Positions 22,135 through 33,666 of a stretch of 64,000 nt of DNA are shown piece by piece (position 1 is the stretch's first letter; the number at the start of each line of letters is the position of its first letter). Position numbers and translations under genes: made by a program. The notes under the pieces are model-generated. The model searched no databases, had not been told where the DNA came from, and saw only the letters and a program-made list of their open reading frames with translations. This DNA comes from Fistulifera solaris (Eukaryota): assembly GCA_030295235.1 (NCBI GenBank), contig AP026126.1, positions 1,054,001-1,118,000 of the forward strand. The letters run 5' to 3'.

Positions 22135-24574
22135 CTAAGCTCGAACGAGCGTACGTATGGCCCTAGCGCCTCGAATTTCGAGCACTTCTACGGCCACCAT
22201 CTGAGCAACAGACTGAAGCTCTTCTAACAAAATTCCCGCCTCGGATTGTATTTCCTCTCTCCTCAAAAAGGAAGACACTTCACCCAGTACTTCCATGATT
22301 GCCTCAATTCTTCCAACACCTCCTACCGTGCGCTGAGACATCGCGTCATTCAGCGTATCGATCATTATACGCATCTCTTCCATCCGCCTTGCATTGATGG
22401 GGCCATTGCTACCCGGTAGAAGGGGGAACAACCCACGAGAAATTTTTAAAAGGTTAGCTTCGCCCATGCTCGCAATGCCGTCGATTGTTTCTGCAAGCTC
22501 GTGAACCAACGGCTTTTTGAGAAATAGACCAGTCCTGCTTGTCAAAAACTTGGCGAAAAGACGGATGGTCAGCGTCGAGGATGATTCAATCTCAGAAGAA
22601 TCGTCTTGCTTCGACGGATTGTATTTTTTGGATGCCTTTTGTGCTAGCCTGAGAAAGTCACGCAAGCGCTCCCAATCGATTTCTTCACCTTTTCCATTGA
22701 TTGTTAGCAGGCGAATAAGCAACTTTTTCAGAGCCTCCGGTGTCTCTCCCTCTTCATCAGAGAGGAGCTGGCGTAAAACATATGGATAAGCGCCTCGAAC
22801 TAAACGAAAGTTTTTGTCCACTGACAACGCGACGCCTTCCAAAATAGTCAAACTTCGGATGATCACTGTCAAAAGGGTGGAGTCGTGAAGCGGACCACGT
22901 TTTCGCGACTTATGGCGTCAAGTTCGGCCTGCAACCGCGAGAAGCTGACATCGGATGCCTTTCCTGTCCCGCCTGTAGCGTTCTTCAGAGCTTTACCTAA
23001 ACGAGGAACGAGCTGATCGAGCTGAGTCGTATCTTGTAGAAAGCCGAGCTTAATTGGGTTTCAGAAATGTGAGGGAGACGCATTCCTTTTGCACACAAAA
23101 GCTGACTGCATATCCCAACACTACTCACCTTCAGCAAGTTTTCAGTGACCAGAGAAATATCCTTATTTTGAAGACCAATTACTAGTCCGAAAAGACCATA
23201 TCTAAATTCTTCGTCAATGTCGCTCATCATTCCAAAGTCTATCAAGGCCAGCTTATTGTCCGGTGTCTTCAATAAGTTTCCTCTGTGAGGGTCTGAGTGA
23301 AACAGTCCCGTGGTCATGAGCTGATCAACAGAACACCTCAACCCGATACTGACCATGTTAAGACCGTCATCTCCAAGCCATGGCCCCTTTTCGCCGTCGA
23401 CCCATTCCATTACAAGTACACGTTTGCGAGTTAATGGCGTACACGGAGCTGGGACGCGAATATCCTCCCAGTCCCCATACAAGTCCCGAAATCGCTCACA
23501 ATTGTTAGCTTCTCTAACATAGTCCAGCTCGCCGAATAATTGCATTCCAAATGCATCCGCAACTTTCGGTAAGTCGCCGCCTCGGACTTTGTCAAGCCAC
23601 ATTGCTGTTCTGCGAAGAAGATACATGTCTAGGGAAGCGGACTGTTCGACATCTGGCCTTTGCACCTTAATCGCCACAACTTTACCTCCCCAGCGAGCTG
23701 CTTCCTCTTTTCCAATAGCTGCTTCTAGCTGTGATCCCCTCCGTATTCTGGCTTTGTACACTTGTCCAATGGAAGCGGATGCGACTGCCTTGTAGTCATT
23801 GTAAAACTCAAACAACGACAGAATATCGTCTGTTTCGACCAATTTTTTAAGTTGATTGGATCCATATGAAATGGTTTTGCTGGTAGCCTTCCAGCTCTTC
23901 TTTGTTACCTCTAAACGACGGCGAAGGTCGCCTAGTTCGCGGCGCATAATTTTCATCGCCTCAATATCCGAAAAGGCACCCACTGCATCCACCAACTTCC
24001 CTAACTCCTCCGCCCAATACACATTCCGGATGATATCGGGTCGCAAGCTTAGCGCTTGACCTGATTTTACGAGAGCGACACTTCGAGATTGCACCAAATG
24101 ATTACGAAGTTGTTCTCCTCGGCGTTTTTGTATTCTGACATCGTCCTGTCTTCCCATGCTTTTGTCCATCAAAAGTTGCAAATACCATCCTGTTTCGATA
24201 ACCCACGAACAAATTAGGGAGAGACCACGTTCATAACTTCTCTCACTGCACTGCTTACCTAGCAATGGAAATGCCAATGAATTGAGTCGCCAGCCAACTT
24301 GTAGTGGTCGCCGATCGTAATGCTCTAGTATTGCGTTGGCATCATATCCTACAACTGGCATCGGCTTTATCTTTTGGCGACTCCTTTTTCGTCGCACGGT
24401 GGTAATGTCGGTGTTACTGTTGCTCCCTTGGTGATGATGCACATCCCACGTTCTCGAAACAGGTTCCCCATTCTTAGTCAGAGAAAGTCTCGTCGTTTGC
24501 GAGGACACTGGCAGGGTCGGAGTAAACGAGGTTGCTGCCGGCAAAAAGAAAATGATCTTGAGTATCAATAACAT
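22135..24574 (-). CDS. ABC1/UbiB (ADCK) atypical kinase, plastid-targeted, multi-exon
   Basis: VKSGQALSLRPD, VASASIGQVYKA, VAIKVQRP, ELDYVREA, VLVMEWV, FHSDPHRGNL, LIDFGMM, IIRSLTILEGVAL; presequence ATS-FT. Confidence 0.9.
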
Positions 24575-24941
24575 CTTTTGGGTATCGTTTGCTTTATTTG
24601 TAAGTGTTTTTCCTCTCCTTTCGCGACAGCTGTTTGGTGTCAAAGAACTGCCATCTTTTGGGTTTTCATTGAAAAAAAGAGGAACAAAGTTCAAAGCAAT
24701 GAATTTTTTGCTGACGGAGGACAGAACGTCTTACGTGGTCGGCATTTTGAATGTGACTACAAGTAATTGTACAAAGTGTTCACAGGTAATGCGTGCCTGC
24801 TTGCCGCAGTGACTTGGAACAGTCACGAACATACGGTCATCATGAGATGACGTCATATTGCTCCCCCATTTTTCGCGACTAGCGACGACGACGTTATTTT
24901 ATGACGGGTTTTGTTAATGTGATGAGGATCACCATGATGCC

Positions 24942-25460
24942 ATGAATCAGCTTAAAATCATACTGTTGGCTAGTTTGTTCTCTCCAAGAAGTCTAGGATG
25001 GACTCATTTTCAACAGCAGCGGCCCTCACTTTGCCTTCTTAGCACAAGATTGCGTGCGAAAGTTCATTCCCAAATTGATTTACAATCTGATACAGATCGA
25101 TTTGGGCGTGGGGAAATGCACCTGTCTGCGCTATTGGAAGAGAAAGATATAGTCGTCTTTCAATCGGGATCGTGGTATGTGGATGGAGTCCTGGTAGGGG
25201 ATGGGGCCGTCAAATTTGAATATTGCATGGTGGAGTCCCTACAAGTTGTTTGGACGCACAATTGTGAACACGGAGTTATAAGAGGATATTCCGTATTTCC
25301 TGGAAAAGAAGATGGTGTGTTTCAGGTAGATTCTACCTGGAATCCAATTGAATTCGGACCGGAACAATTACTTGCACGCCTTCCAGTGAGCTGGTTAAAT
25401 GACACGACGTGTAAGCTGTGTCTTCCTTGGAAGGACCTCTCCCAAGAATTTCAGGATTAG
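24942..25460 (+). CDS. Hypothetical protein with signal/transit-like presequence (172 aa)
   Basis: ATG-initiated ORF; hydrophobic N-terminus; globular-looking body (VVWTHNCEHGVIRG...EFGPEQLLARLP). Confidence 0.65.
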   Translation: MNQLKIILLASLFSPRSLGWTHFQQQRPSLCLLSTRLRAKVHSQIDLQSDTDRFGRGEMHLSALLEEKDIVVFQSGSWYVDGVLVGDGAVKFEYCMVESLQVVWTHNCEHGVIRGYSVFPGKEDGVFQVDSTWNPIEFGPEQLLARLPVSWLNDTTCKLCLPWKDLSQEFQD

Positions 25461-26067
25461 TAGAATACCGACAAAATTGTCATCTTTTCAAGGGGGGAAG
25501 TGAAGCTCGAAAGGTCTGTTTGCTATGATTTATGCCGAGTTATTCGCCCCATTCAGCTATGTGTTGATTATTTACAAATCACTTTGCACTGCAGGTGCTT
25601 GATACACGATACGCATGTCAACATACGAGGTCATCGAAATAAAACGATTGATGGGTAAAGATAAGGCTACTACTGCAACGCAGGTCACTCACCTCTTCGC
25701 CAAAGTCTCATGAAAAGGCGCAGAATCGTACGATAGACAGATTTTCCGGCAATTAACTAATGTCAACGACAGTCAAATAACTTGATCAATGTTTTTTACC
25801 CAAAAGTACTCAGAAGAGCGATAAAAATCAAAAGGTCCTCAGATAGCTTTTTTTTCAAAATTGGGCCAAAATCAAGGCATTCCGATACTTCGATTTCGAC
25901 CATACCTGGTAGCGTGCAAAGAAGCGGGATGGTGATTTCACTCCCGTGAAAAATCAATAGAATACATTCATGAAAGAGCGACGTATACGCATGGATCTAG
26001 TAAGCCAGATGGCTCTTAAAGCTTTTTATTTTACGGTTGTTTGTGGTGATGAAATAAATCTCCGAAT

Positions 26068-26402
26068 CACGTGAAGTAACCACATCCACGAATTTTCTGT
26101 GGACGTGAAAATATTACATCCCCAGATTTTCTCGGGACGTAAAAATACCAAATGACGTGAAAACACCACCTCTCCAGAATTTCTGTTAAGATCAAAACAT
26201 CACATCTCCAGAATTTCTGTTCAAATGAAAACACCGCATCACCAGATTTTCTGGGAGCGTTATAATACGACATACCCAGATTTTCTGGGTAGGTGAAATA
26301 CGACATCCCAGAATTCCTGGGTACGTAATACGTGACACTACTACATTCCCAGATTTTCTGGGACACGAAAATACCGCATGCCAAGAAAATCTGGGGATGT
26401 GG
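26068..26402. repeat. Degenerate tandem array of ~33-35 bp units with hairpin core CCCAGA-TTT-TCTGGG; last copy inverted
   Basis: About 8 direct units of consensus CGTGAAAATACCACATCCCAGATTTTCTGGGA plus a partial unit, ended by CCAAGAAAATCTGGGGATGTGG (26381-26402), the reverse complement of a unit. Confidence 0.85.
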
Positions 26403-26551
26403 TGTCTCGCGTGCATAGATAAAAAATTTCCGAGCCGCAAGTTTTGTGAAGGTGTTGCACTGTTATTGTAAAACTTCTGTGAAATAGACATTTGAAAACA
26501 CTTCACAACACTGACTTTCTCCTAATTCAGTGGTGTAACAGCCGTTTTGCC

Positions 26552-27364
26552 ATGAAAGGAACAATAGCTGTCTTTCTGCAATCGCTCTTGGCTTTGACAA
26601 TGCTGACGCAACCTTTGATATGCTCGGCCTGGCAGGCCGAAGGTCGGTATTCGTTTTCTCTCACCACATTCGACCCGACCGGCAAGCTTGGTCAAGTCGA
26701 ACGCGCTATGGAGGCAGCTGCACAGGGCATACCCATCGTTGGTCTCATTGTCAGCAATTCTACAATTTTCATGGCCGCTCCGCAAGTTTTGCCTTCTCCT
26801 TTGATGCAAGATGACGGCACGCGTCGGTTTTCGCAACTGACAGACGAAATTTGCATCGCTCACTCGGGTATTGCGGCGGATGGGCGGGTATTAGTCGCCG
26901 AGGCTCATCGAATAGTCGTAGAGTATCAATACACATTTGACGAACCAGCACCTCTCCCCTATCTTTTTGGAGGAGTTGGCTCACATTTTCAACAATACAC
27001 AATGAAGCCGGGAGCTAGACCATTTGGAACGTCTCTTTTGATCGGATTCAATCCCCGTGATCGTTCTTCCGGCGAAGTGCCAGGTTTCTATCGGATTGAC
27101 CCTTCTGGGGCCGTGACGACGCTTGGAGAATATGCTGTGATTCATGGCGAATTAGGTACAACGGATTTACGCGAGAGGCTACAAGAAGTTACTACTGAAG
27201 AAAAAATGGAGCAGCAGATAGCAGACATGTTGCGCTTCACTTTAATGGAGCAAGCTCTAAAGAAAAGACAAAGCGATGATGTTAACATGTCAAAGCGCCT
27301 GACAATTTTGATCGCGAAAGCGTTTGATGGACGTTTTATAGTGCACCGTCATTTCAACGAGTAG
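26552..27364 (+). CDS. Proteasome alpha type-2-like subunit with N-terminal signal peptide (probable periplastidal-compartment copy)
   Basis: RYSFSLTTFDPTGKLGQVE.A, IAHSGIAADGRVL, QQYTMKPGARPFGTSLLI, YRIDPSG; preceded by MKGTIAVFLQSLLALTMLTQPLICSA. Confidence 0.85.
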   Translation: MKGTIAVFLQSLLALTMLTQPLICSAWQAEGRYSFSLTTFDPTGKLGQVERAMEAAAQGIPIVGLIVSNSTIFMAAPQVLPSPLMQDDGTRRFSQLTDEICIAHSGIAADGRVLVAEAHRIVVEYQYTFDEPAPLPYLFGGVGSHFQQYTMKPGARPFGTSLLIGFNPRDRSSGEVPGFYRIDPSGAVTTLGEYAVIHGELGTTDLRERLQEVTTEEKMEQQIADMLRFTLMEQALKKRQSDDVNMSKRLTILIAKAFDGRFIVHRHFNE

Positions 27365-27757
27365 ATATTCTTGTGATTGATATTGGTATTTCGGCGTCTG
27401 TTGGGGGATCACATGACTGCTAGTCGGTGCTTTGCGAGTCGCATCGAATCGTCGTTAACTGTCGCAATAAACAATTTCTGTGCTTCGATTGACTCGAAGC
27501 ACCGCTTTATCAGTAAATATTTTCTCTGTTATCCTCTAGTCCATGTCCAGAAAGCATTCTTGCCGTGACAGAAAGCTAAATAAGGCCGCGGTATTTGTTG
27601 TAATCATTAGCTTTTTATCTCGTAACCTTAGCGTCCTAGGGATTAAGCTCAGACGACGATATCGATGATGAAAAATCGCAACCACGGTAAATCAAACAAC
27701 GATGAACCTTCTCGTGTGATCACTAACTCATGGTGAGAAGCGTCGGATTAGATCATA

Positions 27758-28957
27758 ATGTCTGAGAAGAGTTCTAAAAATTCGAAAGCGGATGGAAAAG
27801 CAGCGAGAGAAGAAAAGAAACGAAAATGGGGAGGCGAAGCAGCAAGAAAAGGAACTTGCTGTCAACCGAAAGAGGAAACGCGAACTGTGGTGCGAGGAAC
27901 ATCCTGAATATACCACATTTATTACAGAAGATATTATTGCCCAGGTACTGGGCAAGGGAAATATTCACGGGGTTTCTTCGCTCTTGCAACCGTACATAAA
28001 TCTTCGGGAGGGAACTCAGACGTCTGATGATTCATCGGCATACTTTATTGCCGAAGGCACAGAAACAATTCGTCTCCTGATCCAACAATCTACGAAGAAT
28101 AATCCTTTAAAAATACATGTCAAGTCGATTGTGGTTAAACCAAGTGTACTTTTTGATGAACCTGTGAATCTCTTGCAAGATTTGGAGCGCATAACTTTAC
28201 AGACAGACAGCAATGACGACTTAAAGCAAACTTCCCGATTATTCCCCTTTCATGTGTTTGTGGCCGAAGAACACATCATGAGCAAGCTTGCTGGCTTTCA
28301 AATAGCTCGTGGGGCGCTTGCATGTGGTGCTGTACCGCAAAATCGGAATGCAGAATGGCTAATAAACTATCTACTCGAGTTTCGACAACGTGGTGATTTT
28401 GCTCAGCCCATTCGTCTCTTAGCGTGTGATGGCATTTCTGATACGGCTAATCTTGGCTCCATGATTCGAACTGCTTCGGCCTTCGGAATTGCGGCTGTCG
28501 TTTTGAGTCAAGATTGTTGTGATGCGTGGTATCGACGATCTGTACGTGTTTCGATGGGTCATATTTTTCGTGTGCCACCCATCCGAGTCGAAGACTTGGC
28601 GGTATTTCTAAAACATCTGAAGAGTGGACCGCTTGGTGTTATCTCATACGCAGCCGTGATTGACCCGGCATCAGACTTGCGCCTTGAAACGATGGAGAAA
28701 GGTAAGGAGGTCATGTAATTCTGTGTATCATTATCTGCTCCTCACCACCTGGCATGTTCATCCCGAAGGGTCGGTCGAAAAAAGCTTGGTGTTGCGTTGT
28801 TGGAAATGAAGCGAAAGGTATTTCGGAAACTGTACACAGCGCTTGTTCTCATTCGATACGAATTGAGATGATGGCTGATGTCGACTCGTTAAGCGTTCCA
28901 GTTGCGACGGGAATTCTTCTACACGGTCTAAAGGAAAGGGAAGTGAAATTCCGGTGA
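27758..28957 (+). CDS. SpoU/TrmH-family RNA 2'-O-methyltransferase (intron near 28702-28768; start uncertain)
   Basis: FIAEG, DGISDTANLGSMIRTASAFG, RRSVRVSMG, VVGNEAKGIS, IEMMADVDSLSVPVATGILL SPOUT motifs. Confidence 0.88.
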
Positions 28958-28998
28958 AACATTCATACTTAATTAACACTATTAGTTGACTTCTTCTT

Positions 28999-31192
28999 TT
29001 AGAAATTAAATCCTTGTTGCTGAACGAAGGGAGGCTGTTGGCCGTAAGCTCCTGGTTGTTGCGCGAATTGAGGTTGCTGCTGCCCGTACGGAGGCTGTTG
29101 TGCGTATCCTGGTACAGGAGCAGGTTGTCCGTAATGAAACTGACCTGTCGCAGGAGCTTGTCCGTATTGCGGGACACTTATTGGCTGTCCGTATTGCGAT
29201 TGCTGATTTGGCTGTCCATACACGGGTTGCTGCTGTTGACCATAGCTTCCGAGCGCCTCCTGTCCCCCCTTGCTGAATTCCGTACTGACTTCCGTAACTA
29301 TTTTGCTGTGATGAAACTACCATGGAACTGGGCTGATAGGATTTCATGATCTCTTTTGACGGCGGAGCCTTTACAATAAAAGTGAGTGACTCTAGTTTCA
29401 AATAACTAACTGTGTTATCCTGCCAAATGTTCCGTACCTTTGTTTTCTGAATATTCGCCAATGAACGGTTATCACTAATAGAAGTAGACGCGAATGGGTT
29501 TGCGGCAGGCTCATCTTTCTTCGAGGTGAGTGAAAATGAATCTACATTCGCTAATTTTGCAAATGTTTGATCGAACAATGACACAGGCTTGGTTTCCGCG
29601 CTTGCCCCGAGGTCGCTTTGGCCATTCGGCGGGTAAGACGGAGCTTGCTCCTGCGCGGGTGGCGGTTGTTGTTTTACGGGTGATGGCGAAAATCCAGAAA
29701 ACGTCGGAGCCGGTGAACCAAAGCCAAGACTCGAAGGCGTTTGTTGCGCCAGGGGCGTAACGGATGAGGGCACCTCCGGGTTATCATACGAGGTAGATAT
29801 AGCCGGAGGAGCAGTCCAGGTGCCCGAAGGTACAGGGGTCTGCGAGTTATACGGAGCCGCAGCCGATTGCGTATAACTTGGCTGTCCACTCAAGGGCTGA
29901 GAATACTGATTCAATCCTCCATTTTGAGCTGATGGAGCGGGTGCGTTCGAGGCCGGTGGGTATTGCGACGAATCGTACGATTGACTTCCGTAGGGAAATC
30001 CATTGGTGGATGGAGTCTTTGCATAAGGATTGACAGGTGTTGTCTGTGGCTGCAGAGGAGTCATTGTGGAACCCCAAGGATCTCCAACAACTGGTGCAGG
30101 GACTGGGGCTGCTCCCCAAGAATCTGCTGAAACGGTAGGAGGTGCAGGGGGCGGTGGTGCTCCCCAAGGCTCTGTAGCAGCAATTGCTGGGGTTGGTGAT
30201 GCAGCCCAGGGAAATGCTGCATTGGGAACTGGCGTTATCGCCGTGCTCCAAGGATCGGATGTGGATGAGGGTAAGGCAGGTACCGGCGCTCCTATAAATA
30301 CTGTGTTGGCGAGCGTACCTCCCCATGCTGTGTTGGTTGAATGGGGTAGAGCAACTGGAGGCTGAGCGGGAGCGGTATCTGATCCCAAGTCCAACAGATC
30401 ACCGCCGCCGCCTGTTTTGACTTGATCGTCTTCCAGAGACTGACGAATTGCTTCCTGCAAGTATGCCTCTTCCTGTAAAAAGCGCGTGACGTAAGAAACA
30501 ACTGACATTTGCAAATTGTAACTATAGAAAAAAGACTAAACGTACCTCATCGGGGTTGGTTGGCATTTCGAGTGATGTAATGCGCTCGGACCCAACAAAA
30601 GTGGAGCGACGAGGCTCCGCCATTGGTATGGATGTAGCTACAGCACGAGGGTCGTTGGCAGCCATACCGAGTCGATACACTTTTGGGAAGGAGAAGAAGC
30701 TCTGACCGTCCACAAAGAAGTCGTATTGACGGAATCCGGGCGTTGGAGATAAAGGCGGAGAAGCGTGTGCGATGACCTTCAGCACATGATTATTTTTGAT
30801 TGTCCAGCTGTGATCAAAAATACCCATCCGACCGATCGAGAAGTGAACTTCGTGTCCATCAAACAAGATTGTGCGCTTTCCTGATGTAAGACTCCAAATG
30901 AGCGTCACGTCGTGTTCTTCTCCGCGACAAGCAGTGCCTACTTCTCCGTTCGAAAGAGCCGACATATTGGCAAAGCCAAATCTCCTGAAAGAACGCAAGG
31001 GTGTCAGTTCTATTCTAGATGAAATTTACGTGGAAATAAATCCTTACGAGGTTCCGAGTCGCAAATCGGACGAGCGTTGACAATATTAAAGTAAGCTTAC
31101 CATCGGACTCTCCGTTTGCTACTGGCTACTCGTTTACCAGCGGCAACTGCCGTAAAGTCAATTTGATACACAACCGGCACTCGTCCTGACAT
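28999..31192 (-). CDS. Endocytic-adaptor-like protein: FAIM-like N-domain, UIM, clathrin-box-like, DPW/NPF motifs, Gln/Tyr/Gly-rich tail; 4 exons
   Basis: Exons 31192-31101, 30984-30546, 30472-~29438 and ~29369-28999. HDVTLIWSLTSGKRTILFDGHEV; EEAYLQEAIRQSLED; DLLDL; DPW/EPW/DSW; ANPF. Confidence 0.75.
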
Positions 31193-31720
31193 GATCTACT
31201 GACTCCGGAAAGAGAAAATGATACGATGAAGGTTTCTTTGTGTAAAGATGATTCGTTTGGCTGCACCTCAGGGTCGTGCGAAGCGTTGCGAGTTGCGAGG
31301 GGTTTTTTGATCTTCGCTGTTCGATCTTTTGCTTGCACTTATTTTGCACCATAATGGCGGAGTCGGAATCTGACCGGTTCTTAATCTTTTACACATTGAC
31401 TCTGTCTGACGTGTCACAACGTCCAACTTCGTCTCCCGTCGAGTTTAAGATGGAACTGTGTTGTTTTAGCACGTTTCAGATATATACCGTAAATACAGTG
31501 GCGGAATCCACGGTCAACTTACAGACTGACAGATTCCATCACATTCATTTATGACAACGTTGAAAAAGGATGAGAAGGGCAAAAGGCATAAGAGGGAGCA
31601 TTTTGATTTCCAAAATTCGATCCATCGGTTTGTCTCCTTTATAAGAAAAATTAAAGTAAGTCAAGAGGATATATGGAGTGCGCAAAGCTCAATTAGAACT
31701 ATCCTATGCCAAGTTAGAGC

Positions 31721-33340
31721 ATGAAAGCAACTGGTAGATCCCAGTACCGATGTCTAGTGGTTTCAATCCTCTCCGTGTCTACTTTCGGCTCGAATGATTG
31801 TGACCCATTCCTTCGCCCTGGAAACGATGTTTCCTTTCCAAGACTATATTACTCCCTGCAACACCCTCTTACGGAAAATAAACGCGCTTCTCGTTACAAT
31901 GGCCTCAAACCAGGTGCTCGGATATCGGAGGCAAGAAATCGTGTCGGAGAAAACTTGCGAGCACTCGTGTCACAGCTCACCCTCTCCGATTCCCCCGAAG
32001 CCCGTTCCCATAGCAACGAGTCGAATAAAGACACAAACTTCCCATCCTCCGGAAAGATATCGATCAACAATGGACCCAAGTCACCACTGGCGTATCGGTA
32101 TTATGCTCGCAATCCCAAACTAAGTCACACATACGGCTCGTTGCCGTTTCTGCTGATAGGACCTAACATTGATCACTGGAAAGTTGTTGCCCGAGAACTC
32201 GCTTCCCGAGGTTATAATGTGATTGTGTGTGAACGAGTTGGCCTAGAAGAATTTCAAAAGAAGAAGACGCAATGGACGCAACATGATTCGACTATTTTGA
32301 TACAAAGCCTACTGGATGCTCTGAAGTGGAACACGGTGGTAATGATCGCATGCGATGAGGAAGCTGTTCTCGCTGTAGAGGCAGCAATGAACTTGGCCTC
32401 TGAGCGAATTTCGGCCTTGATACTATGTGGTCGTATCCCTCAGCCGGAAGGCTTCTGGAAGGAGTATTCGCCTTTAATGCTGAAAAGAGGGCTAGCAGAA
32501 TACGATTCGATAGACGAGATCCTGCAAGACAATCTGCGATGTCCTTTTTCCATTGTTTGGGATGGAGCTATCCCACCGCCTCCAGAAACGGAAACTCGAG
32601 ATGCATTTTCGCAGTCCGATTTACCAACTCGAAATCTGATTCTCGGCGGAGGATCGGCCCCTCATCGACGTCGGCCCGAATTATTTGCCTGGTCCATGAC
32701 GCGTTTTGTTGAGAAGAATCTGGCAACACGTACAAGCTGGACTGAGAATGAACAAAGCGATCGATCGTCCGATCGTGAAGTTGTAGATAGGACTGATGTA
32801 ACATCTTTCATGGCCCAGATGAGTGAACTGTTCAATCCCGAGTCGTTTGTTGTCGGAGGTCGCCTGATAGCTACAGCTATACTTTACGTGGCATTACTGC
32901 GAACGCTTGCTTTCCAATACGGAAGGATTCGATGGGCGACTATCAACGTCAGCTCAGCTGTGAGGATGGTTTTCACATTCCCCGTTACGGTGGTCCGCGG
33001 CATACTAAATGCATTAGGTCAAGTGAAGAAGGGCAAGTCGACACTAATCAATGTGTGCTGTGCAGCCTTCGGCTATTTGCGTTCAATATTATCGCGGCAG
33101 CATCATGAGGTTGTTGGTGAAGATGAAGGCCCTGACATCAGTGACGACCAAAAAGATCAGGACATTGAAGTTGAGTCGGAACAACCTTTAGGGCAGAAAC
33201 AGAACGAAGACGGTGACGAGATTGACGAACCAGATAGTGAAACTGACTCTGGTGATTCATCGCCAGAGCAAACACATGACGAAAAACGAAGGAAGCGCAT
33301 CCCGAGGCCCTACTTTTATTTGGACAACGTAATCGTCTAA
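31721..33340 (+). CDS. Alpha/beta-hydrolase-fold-like protein with C-terminal hydrophobic segment and acidic tail
   Basis: LLIGPNIDHWKVVARELASRGYNVI...LLDALKW...ISALILCG...CPFSIVWDG...GGSAPHRRRPELF resembles an abhydrolase layout with a degenerate nucleophile site. Confidence 0.6.
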   Translation: MKATGRSQYRCLVVSILSVSTFGSNDCDPFLRPGNDVSFPRLYYSLQHPLTENKRASRYNGLKPGARISEARNRVGENLRALVSQLTLSDSPEARSHSNESNKDTNFPSSGKISINNGPKSPLAYRYYARNPKLSHTYGSLPFLLIGPNIDHWKVVARELASRGYNVIVCERVGLEEFQKKKTQWTQHDSTILIQSLLDALKWNTVVMIACDEEAVLAVEAAMNLASERISALILCGRIPQPEGFWKEYSPLMLKRGLAEYDSIDEILQDNLRCPFSIVWDGAIPPPPETETRDAFSQSDLPTRNLILGGGSAPHRRRPELFAWSMTRFVEKNLATRTSWTENEQSDRSSDREVVDRTDVTSFMAQMSELFNPESFVVGGRLIATAILYVALLRTLAFQYGRIRWATINVSSAVRMVFTFPVTVVRGILNALGQVKKGKSTLINVCCAAFGYLRSILSRQHHEVVGEDEGPDISDDQKDQDIEVESEQPLGQKQNEDGDEIDEPDSETDSGDSSPEQTHDEKRRKRIPRPYFYLDNVIV

Positions 33341-33666
33341 AGTGATGGTGCCAAGAGCACGAGTTTTTTTAAATGCGTGGCAGAGACGACGACAAGCCAA
33401 GTTCAGAATCATCTACTAATCAATGCGATACGGACCAGCAAGCGCAGAAATGACGTTTTTTTGATAACTTTTGCGGTCGCATTTACTCCTTCAGTGCTCA
33501 ATATCGCCGTGATCGACATGGGTACACAATAAAATTTAAGTGAAGGTGGTTCGCGTCACCGAAACTCGTAGGAATTGTCACCAACAAACACCGCTCAAAG
33601 CCGAGGTTAGATTGATACAGCTAATTTAAACTGTACTTTCTATCAATGATACTTTTCTCATTAGGT

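Noticed and set aside
25895..25915. CATACCTGG as the 5' end of U1 snRNA
   Set aside because: Lacks the full ATACTTACCTG and recognisable U1 stem-loops or an Sm site. No tRNA or rRNA gene was recognised in the window.
26068..26402. Repeat array as a CRISPR array, and ORFs 26067..26384 / 26192..26506 as genes
   Set aside because: No unique spacers (inter-core segments are homologous), the repeats are degenerate, there are no cas genes and the context is eukaryotic. The ORFs merely translate the repeat.
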